Shown here: positions 56,401 to 64,000 of the stretch, piece after piece
Layout: each line of letters starts with the position of its first letter
Position numbering within the stretch: the stretch's first letter is position 1
From: Eledone cirrhosa
Taxonomy: Eukaryota
Direction: 5' to 3'
NCBI GenBank assembly: GCA_964016885.1
Contig: OZ024740.1
Coordinates: forward strand, 388,678,001 to 388,742,000
DNA: 64,000 bases
Made by a program: the position numbers and the translations under genes
The notes under the pieces: generated by a model
The model's database searches: none
What the model was told of the DNA's origin: nothing
What the model saw: only the letters and a program-made list of their open reading frames with translations

Positions 56401-56920
56401 ATCTAGTCGATATCTATCGGCCAGGTCAAATCGACCGATTAACCCTTTGAGGCTGTTACACCCCTCTCTATCGGGACAGGCCCCTACGTAGTCCCAACGT
56501 GCATGTAGGATACCATTCCAGTCCCCCACTAATAGCAAGGAGCGGGACGTCTCTAGAAAAGTCTCCAGACAATGGAAGAAGTCCGGCCGCGTTGACCCGA
56601 AAGGGCCGTAGTCGGCTACCAGCCTAAACGCTCCACCTTCACCACTGCCAAGGTCCAGAACCACTAGTCGACCCTCCGGGTCCAAATGTACCGTCTGTGT
56701 TGCGAGACCCAGATGTTTTTGCAGCAGAACGACAACCCCACCCCCACCTCCGGGCTGACAGAGAGATGCGTGCATCTCAAAGTCATCAAAGGTGGGGGCC
56801 AGCTGTCGCACGTTGCTATCCGGGCCTCGTAAATAACCATTATATCTATACGTTGTGACCTGAGGTCATTTAGAAGCATTGCTTGCTTCCAAGTTGAGCC
56901 CAGGCCACGCGCATTTAGAC
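53461..56920 (-). mobile_element. Tx1 copy D, ORF2 only
   Basis: Starts at CLNARGLG. APE, RT and zinc-knuckle pieces with frameshifts. 3' UTR cut at a T-run. Confidence 0.9.
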
Positions 56921-58367
56921 AATAGATAGATATATTTCTTTATTAGCCACAGGGGATCAAAAGAAGGGGACAAATACAAAGGGGGAAGTTTACATACAAT
57001 AAAAACGTGTAAAATGTTATTACAAATAGAATTTAAAAAAGTTAGTCGATTTTCCCCAATAGAGGGAGACAGTTTATATGGGTAACACATACCCCCGAAA
57101 AAAAAATGTGCAACCCTCATCTCCAGGAGTACGAAGAGTTTGTACTCCTTTCCTCTCCTCCTCCTTTTCCTCAACCTACAGGCTGATATAGAGAGAAGGC
57201 CCATTCACTCGGGCCATTCTCGCCACTTTCACCCACCTTTCATAAAACTTGCTGGGGTACAGCACCTCTCTCTCCATCCTGATTCTTCTTCCAAAGTGGT
57301 ATTTGAAAAAGAGAATCAGTTGTTGGCCGGAGAGAAAGGTGTCTGACCTCAGCCCTTTCAACCTTGTCCACCATACAACCTCTTTCGCCATAGCTATCAC
57401 ACAAAGGAAAACCGCCTCTCCTTCGTTTTTGAAGGAGGGTGGCGGTTTGATCATGACAATGGACTCGGTGGTCAACTGGATTGGTCCCACCCGCGACAAT
57501 AGTCGTTCTACATAGCCCCACAGGTCAGTGACGCCCGGGCAGTGTATGAATGCGTGCGCGACGGTTTCTTGGTCTCGCACGCACCTCGGACAGATCTTTT
57601 TTGCAGGGTCTCTGCCCGGGCGCCCATGTCTGTAGAGCTTGTCTCGAACTGGTAGAGCTCCTCGGTAGCACTGCCAGGCCAGGGACTTGTTGTCCATCGG
57701 TCCCGGGCGGAAGATCCTACCGAACAGACTGGCCAGTTCATCTTCCTCTACGCCTAGAGTTTCACCGAGCGCGTCGTCGCACTTGCTGCGGACCAACCCT
57801 CTATAGAATGACGAAGTGGAGTCTCCACTGATCGCCGGGTCTGCCTGCCAGAGGGCTGTGAGCGCCTGAGCACATTCGATGTGCCAGTCGCCCATTTTCC
57901 TCGGTCTTTGCTTGACCCAGGACTGCAGCTCGGTCAGCGAGACGTGGGAAGGCTCGCCTCACGAACGGGGCCCACACCGGTTGTCCGGTGAGGAATACGT
58001 AGAGATGCCGCATCCTGAGCGCGTGTTTGCGCATCGTCAACCACGGCATTCCCAGCCCTCCGTTAGAAGGGTGTTGGCAGCAGATGGATCTTCTCACCAA
58101 AGGAGCCCGCCTCTTCCAAAGGAATCGGAAGAGCGCGCGCTCCATTTTGGCGAGCGTTTTGGCTGGACAAGGCACGACGGTCAAGCGGTAGTAGATGGCG
58201 GACGCTATAAAAGTGTTCGCCACCTCCGCTCGACCTTTCAAGGATAGTTTGCACTCGGCCCACTTCTGGGTGAGTGCAAACACCTTGGCCGTCACTTCGT
58301 TCCAGTTCTTCTCCACCTGGAGGTCCGGACCAAACCAGACACCGAGAAGCTTTACCGGTCCTTCCGT

Positions 58368-60602
58368 CTAGCGTCCGACGACGCCATCGGAAGGCATCGG
58401 TTTGCCTCTCCACGATCCGAGTTGCAAACCGATGGACTTGTCCCGGTTCAGCTTCGCTCCTGTGAGACTTTCGTATTCCTTCAGTAAGGTGCCGACTTCC
58501 TCTATTTGCGAGGCGCTCGACACCATTACTGTAATGTCGTCGGCGTAGGCCGACGCCGCTTTGCGCAGTCCCGGTTCCAGAGGGATGCCCTGCAATAGCT
58601 CCAGCTTCCGCAGTAGTGGCTCGAGAGTCAGTACGTACAGAAGGGAGGAGAGAGGGCATCCCTGTCGAATGGATCGCGTAATATGGAACGGCTCCGAGAG
58701 GTAGCCGTTCACCTTGACCCTTGAGCAGATGTTGCTGTTGTGCATTGCAGCAATCCAGCCCCTGAACACGGGTCCAAAGCCTGCCGCCTCGAGCACCGCA
58801 TCCAGGTAACGATGGTCAACCCTATCGAAAGCCTTAGACTGATCCAAGTTGATCAGGGCCCCACCGAAGCCGGGTTTACACCCTACCCTCTCTATGATGT
58901 ATCGCATGAGGTGGAGGTTGTCGTGTATGGACCTGGTCGGGATTGCGCATGTCTGCGCTTCTCCCACCAGGTTCTCGACGACAAGCGCCAGCCTCTTTGC
59001 CAACACCTTGGCCAAAATCTGTAACTCTGTGTTTAGCAGAGTTATGGGCCGGAAGTTGCCTATGTCATCCCCCTTATTCTCGTCCTTCCTGATTAGTGTG
59101 ACCACGCCCCTGATTACAAAACTGGGAATTCTCCCGTTCTGTTGCCAGTTGCAATAGACCGCTTCCAGGAGACCGGAGAATAAGTCCGGCATTGCTACGT
59201 AAAATTCGTAGGGTAGACCGTCGAGACCTGGAGATTTGCGTTTGCCGCATTGACTCAGCGCGTCCCCTATCTCAGTGGCTGAAATCGGCTTTTCGCGGAA
59301 CTTTGCCTCGCTGTCCGAGAGTCGCGGTAAGCCGTCGAGGTATGGACCGAAATCCATAGCCTCTCCCGGCGCGCCGCCGCCCCCGAACAGCTGATCAAAG
59401 TGCCGCTGAAAAGCCGCACACATCTGCTTCGGCTCACGTATCACGCGTCCGTTTTGGTCCTTCAAAGACCGAATCGTGGACTTGTTGCCACTTTTTGCCT
59501 CCGTCACTCGAGCCCAGCTAAAAGCTTTGGCTCCCTCGTTTCCCAGAGCACGTATTTTGATTCTGACAACGCAGCCCTCGTGCTTTGCGTCGAAGAACTG
59601 GTCCAAGGCCGTTCTCGTTGCTAGCACGCTGGCTACGTTGCCACTTCTAATTGCCTCTTCTACTTTATCTACCAGTTCCTTTTCGGTCTTATTTCTATCT
59701 AACGCTAATTCTTTACTAAAAACTATCGAGTCTAATCTAACTGCCCTCTTGAGAGAGTACCACCATCTGTTGTTGACAATGGACCCTGTCAAGTGCTGTT
59801 TAACTAAAGTGCTAATCCGTCTACTGTAGGCTTTGCTTGTCGGTAACGACAAGTTCAGCTTCCAGTAGCCGGGTCCTTGTCTATGGGTTCTATCAAGGTT
59901 GGCCATGCAGGTCACTAGTTTGTGATCTGAATAGGCAACCATGAACATTTGTGGACAGCTTAACATGTCCCTATCCTTATTTCTAACTAGAACCCTATCT
60001 AGGTACGATGTAGATGTTCCGCTACGATTACTCCACGTCCACGGTGGCGCAGTCGGAAAATCTAGTCGATATCTATCGGCCAGGTCAAATCGGTCGATTA
60101 ACTGTTTGAGGCTGTTACACCCCCCTTTATCGGGACATGCTCCCACATAGTCCCAACGTGCATCTAGGATTCCATTCCAGTCCCCCACTAAAAGCAAGGA
60201 GCGGGACGTTCCCAGAAAAGTCTCTAGACGTTTGAAGAAGTCTGGCCGCGGTGTCCCGGATGGGGCATATGCGGCCACCAGCCTGAAGGCTCCACCTTCA
60301 CTACCATCAACGTCTAGGACCACCAGTCGACCCTTCGGGTCCAGATGTACCGTCTGTGTTACGAGGCGCAGGTGTTTCCGCAGCAAAACGGCAACTCCGC
60401 CCCCACCCTCCGGTTGACAGAGAGATGCGTAGATCTCAAAGTCATCGAAGATGGGGGCCAGCTGTCGCTCGCCGTGGATCCTGGACTCGCAAATGGCTAC
60501 CACATCCATACTGTGCGACCTGAGGTCGTTTAAGAGTTTGCCCTGTTTCCAGGGCATCCCCAGGCCGCGTACGTTCACACATCCAACTCTTATATTGGCC
60601 AT
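58368..60602 (-). CDS. Tx1-B ORF2: APE endonuclease + reverse transcriptase (premature stop)
   Basis: NVRG, GDWN, SDH, FRPITLLN, DQSKAFD, RQGCPLS and YADD motifs. Confidence 0.9.
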   Translation of the reverse strand: MANIRVGCVNVRGLGMPWKQGKLLNDLRSHSMDVVAICESRIHGERQLAPIFDDFEIYASLCQPEGGGGVAVLLRKHLRLVTQTVHLDPKGRLVVLDVDGSEGGAFRLVAAYAPSGTPRPDFFKRLETFLGTSRSLLLVGDWNGILDARWDYVGACPDKGGCNSLKQLIDRFDLADRYRLDFPTAPPWTWSNRSGTSTSYLDRVLVRNKDRDMLSCPQMFMVAYSDHKLVTCMANLDRTHRQGPGYWKLNLSLPTSKAYSRRISTLVKQHLTGSIVNNRWWYSLKRAVRLDSIVFSKELALDRNKTEKELVDKVEEAIRSGNVASVLATRTALDQFFDAKHEGCVVRIKIRALGNEGAKAFSWARVTEAKSGNKSTIRSLKDQNGRVIREPKQMCAAFQRHFDQLFGGGGAPGEAMDFGPYLDGLPRLSDSEAKFREKPISATEIGDALSQCGKRKSPGLDGLPYEFYVAMPDLFSGLLEAVYCNWQQNGRIPSFVIRGVVTLIRKDENKGDDIGNFRPITLLNTELQILAKVLAKRLALVVENLVGEAQTCAIPTRSIHDNLHLMRYIIERVGCKPGFGGALINLDQSKAFDRVDHRYLDAVLEAAGFGPVFRGWIAAMHNSNICSRVKVNGYLSEPFHITRSIRQGCPLSSLLYVLTLEPLLRKLELLQGIPLEPGLRKAASAYADDITVMVSSASQIEEVGTLLKEYESLTGAKLNRDKSIGLQLGSWRGKPMPSDGVVGR

Positions 60603-60639
60603 GTTGGTGCTGAAAAGTTAAAAGAGGAAAAGAGATCAC

Positions 60640-62206
60640 TCACCCTTCGCCTCCTGGGGACCAGGCCGCACGATTTCTATGGGGGTGTTGGGAGGGTTGT
60701 CTGGATGGGTGGTGGTTTCCGGCGGAGTGGGGACGCAGATGTTTGGTGGGGTGGGGTTTGGTGGGATGGGGGTGTCTGGGGTGGGGAGACATTTGAGAAG
60801 GACGCGGTTGAGTGGTTTCACGCAGGAATTCCCCACATCCTTCTCAAATGTTTCTTTTAGGGACCTATAAGTTTGTATAGGGACCCTAATCAGTTTAGGT
60901 TCAGTTTTTTGCTATTTTTAATAGAGTGGGCGAAAGTTTTCCCTTCGGTTTTCACCGAAGGGTCGTTCGTGATGGTCTCCATTAGTGTTTTGTTTTCAGT
61001 GTTTATGTAAGTGTAAGTGTAATTTTCTTGTGTTGTGTTTGTTTTTGTCTGTAGTTCTTGTGTGCGCTTTCGTTTTGTTGTAGGTATTTTGTTTTCAGGA
61101 GGTAGGGGTTTTGTTTGTGATGTTTTTGTTGTTTGTGTTGGTGGTTGTATGTTTGTGGTAGTGTTTGGTGGTTTTTTGCTTTTGTGATGTCTTTTCTTTC
61201 TTTTCGAGCGATGGGGTTCTCCCTCGTCTTCACTGGGTGATGGCGAGATAGCCTCATCTGTTGTATCGTCTGTGTGATTGGGGAGGGGTATGTCTTGGGG
61301 AGCTGTTGTGTCTGTATGTGATTTTGCAGTGGTTTTAGGTGGAGTGGGGTTGGGTGGGACTGTGTTTGTTGTGGTTATTTTTGTGTGTTGGTGTTGTTGT
61401 TGTTGTGGTGGTGTTGGTGCTTGTGTTGTTTTGATGGGTTTCGGCAGAAGAGCCTTTTTTTTATTCATTAGTTTAGGACAGGAAGCCCTCAGGTGACCCC
61501 TGCTAAAGCAATGGTAACATGAAGGCCGCCTACCCTCAACCGAAAAGTTTATGTAGGTGAGTCCGTCCAGGAGTACACGCTGTGGGATCATAGCTATTCG
61601 CTCTGGGCTCATTTGCACCAGAACTTCAATGCTAGTCCCATTGAATACATCTCTGGGGGACTTGCCTACTGACAGTATTCTGTCTTCATCAAAATTGATG
61701 AAGCCGCACAGTATCCACCATATGTTCACCTTTGGTGTGACACTCGTGATTCTGATCTTTTGTGTCCTTTTTCCCATGTATGTAGGGAAAAAGGTGTACA
61801 GGTTGTATACAATTGGCGACACAGAGTAATTTTGGGCCGTCAATTGATCCTTCATGAGAACCGAAATACTCCCAAAAAGTTTGCTTCTTTGAATGAATGC
61901 AATATCATTCATTGAATTTTTGAAAACCATATCAATTTCTTTCTGTGACAATTGGACTGGTTTTCGGGTAGAATTGGAAACTGTCCTAAAAACTATCGTT
62001 TTGAGAGCAGTTTCCTTGTTTGGATATGAATTCATTTTTACATTTTCATTTCGTCTTTCCATCTCTATAGTATCTAGTGAAGAAGACGTTGTTGACTGCG
62101 AGCTTGGTAGTCTTACCGCCTCTCCACCACCATTATCGTTGGACGCAGCGTTCATAACGTAATCAAAATTTAACAATATTTTTTCCAAGATTCGATGGAG
62201 AAACAT
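60640..62206 (-). CDS. Tx1-B ORF1, CCHC zinc-knuckle protein (frameshift near 60895)
   Basis: CYHCFSRGHLRASC and a P/T-rich tail. Homologous to Tx1-C ORF1. Confidence 0.85.
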
Positions 62207-62373
62207 TTTTTAAATGGATATTCCGCCCCTGTAGGGGCGAAAATGAGTTGACCCACCACCTGAAGGTCCAGACGGGTGGTCAAGTTACACAATGATATAA
62301 AATTTAACTAAAACTCACGTTTTTCTTTCTTACATAAATTAACGGAAACTTCTCCGCGAAGTTACACACGTCT

Positions 62374-62461
<88 letters not shown>

Positions 62462-62532
62462 TGTATATACGTACATATTTATATAGAAGAAGAAGAAGAA
62501 GAAGAAGAAGAAGAAGAAGAAGAAGAAGAAGA
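62374..62532. repeat. (GATA)n and (GAA)n microsatellites
   Basis: Directly visible at 62374-62461 and 62486-62532. Confidence 0.99.
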
Positions 62533-62607
62533 ATACTTTGCGCTTGAAGTTTCCGTGTTTACACATGCGTAATAGTAACCGAAATATAATAAAACCGGGA
62601 AGATGAC

Positions 62608-63425
62608 TCTTTCTACTTTTGGCACAACGCCAGCAATTTGAAGAAAAGGGAAATTCGATTAGATCGATCCAAGTGCGTCACTTGTGTTTTATTTTATTGA
62701 CTTGCAAGGATGACAGGCAAAGCTAACCTCAGCGATATTTGAGCATAAAGATTCCTAAATATATGCCACAAAGCATGCTGTTCGATGCTCTACCAATGCT
62801 GCCAATCCCCCACCCAAAAGAAGGTAAATAATGGTTTCTGATTTAGGCGCAAAACAAACAATTTTGGGGAAGGGCAAAGTGAATTAAATAGACCCCAGTG
62901 CGTTACTGGTACTTTATCTTATCGAACTTTTAAGAAAGCAAACCTCGGCCACATTTCGTCTCAGAACTTAAAAAGTCGTAACTATTATGCCGGACGGTAT
63001 GTTGACCGACGCACTACTCATACTGCTAATCCTCCGCCGTAAAGAGAGTAAATATAATTACGTGAACATCTGTGACTGTACCCGAGGTAAGAAAGAAAAA
63101 AGGAATATCAGTTTGACGGATTATACAAATCAAGTGTATTCCAGCAATCCAAACGGCGTTTCTGGGACATTTTTAAACCTGGCGGAGCCCATTTCTTCTC
63201 CATGTCTGAACACATCAGATTTTCTTCCAGAGAAGGACAGAGAGAGTGGGGGAAAGGAAATGATAAATAGATATAGAGGAAGAATCTACCCCAGTACTAG
63301 ACATGCACTTTTTTATCGACCTCGAATGGATGACAGTCAAGCTTGACCGCCATGAGATCTGAACTCAGAGAGCAGAGAGCTAGAACGAATACGACAGAGC
63401 AACTTCTAACGACGCTGCCAATTCG
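62608..63425 (-). mobile_element. three diverged SINE family A-like copies (about 62608-62812, 62830-63040, 63285-63425)
   Basis: CCAGTGCGTTACTGGTACTTTAT, GATGACAGGCAAAG and TGAACTCAG motifs. Confidence 0.75.
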
Positions 63426-64000
63426 CCGTCTTAAGTATTTCGTACGTTTTTTTTAAAACAGAATTTGGCTGCATTTCCAAGATTTATTTCAATTACATAA
63501 TCCTGCGTTTTCTGACGACGAAGAACATGATAGTAACATTTGATACAATTGTCAAACTACTCCAACAACAACCTATGTTGCAACATAGGTTGTTGTTCTC
63601 AACCATTATACAATCATAACTGGGAATGCATGTTTATGTACTAATTATACATAAATTTGCATTTATTTGGAAAATGTCCAACATAACACAATATAAGTAA
63701 ATCTAATGAATCAGTTTAACAGTCTCGCTGCATTTAACGATTCTATATGGCTATTAACTATAATATATTTGTTGTTATTGGCAGAAGCGCAGTTTGGCAG
63801 ATTAATTGCTATTTTGTCTGTTAAGAATCAAACGAAACTTGAAACCAGTTTAGATCCATTTTTACTGTCTACGGAAAGATAGCCAAATACATTTGTAATA
63901 CATTTGTAATGCAGCGACGGCTGTAATGTGTTGCGAACATTTTTCTACCATACTACATATAATAAAAAATCTTATCTACATACACACATACATACAGATA

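Larger units (their letters stand above)
56931..62374 (-). mobile_element. Tx1 copy B, full length
   Basis: 5' UTR, ORF1, ORF2 60602-57176 (stop at 58368, frameshift near 57945), AATAAA. (CTAT)n on both flanks. Confidence 0.95.

Noticed and set aside
60610-60643. 34-37-nt mini-intron fusing ORF1 to ORF2
   Set aside because: Too short for typical animal introns, phases disagree between copies B and C, and copy A lacks the AG.
43400-62200. Numerous plus-strand ORFs over Tx1
   Set aside because: They are antisense shadows of GC-rich ORF1 and ORF2.
62987-63346. 119-aa ORF and unique-looking 63050-63240 segment
   Set aside because: Both ends lie in SINEs. No recognisable motif or convincing splice sites.

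Overview
Eukaryotic, AT-rich, repeat-saturated DNA. The SINE and microsatellite content suggests a mollusc, probably a cephalopod (inference). No confidently recognisable host gene. Bases 1-28 kb are (TA)n/(GA)n/(GT)n microsatellites packed with tRNA-derived SINEs, Helitron and MITE relics, RTE, CRE and mariner fragments, and many Penelope-like element (PLE) remnants. Bases 28-62.4 kb are an almost gap-free nest of retrotransposons: one PLE 3' end (-), four R4/Dong (RT + restriction-like endonuclease) copies (+) and four Tx1/L1-clade copies (-). All long ORFs belong to these elements and carry stops or frameshifts. Main signals: (1) at least seven distinct short non-coding families in (TA)n tracts carry type-I hammerhead ribozyme motifs, two with the compensatory U3-A8 core. 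Many form head-to-head fold-backs, and one forms retrozyme-like tandem monomers. (2) Three Tx1 copies share a strong splice donor just before ORF2, and acceptor-like sites sit at the ORF2 stop. (3) Tx1 copies appear to target different microsatellites, (TTA)n versus (CTAT)n. (4) A weak candidate micro-exon gene for a secreted protein lies at 13.2-13.9 kb (-). Coordinates were read by eye and element ends may be off by a few bases.
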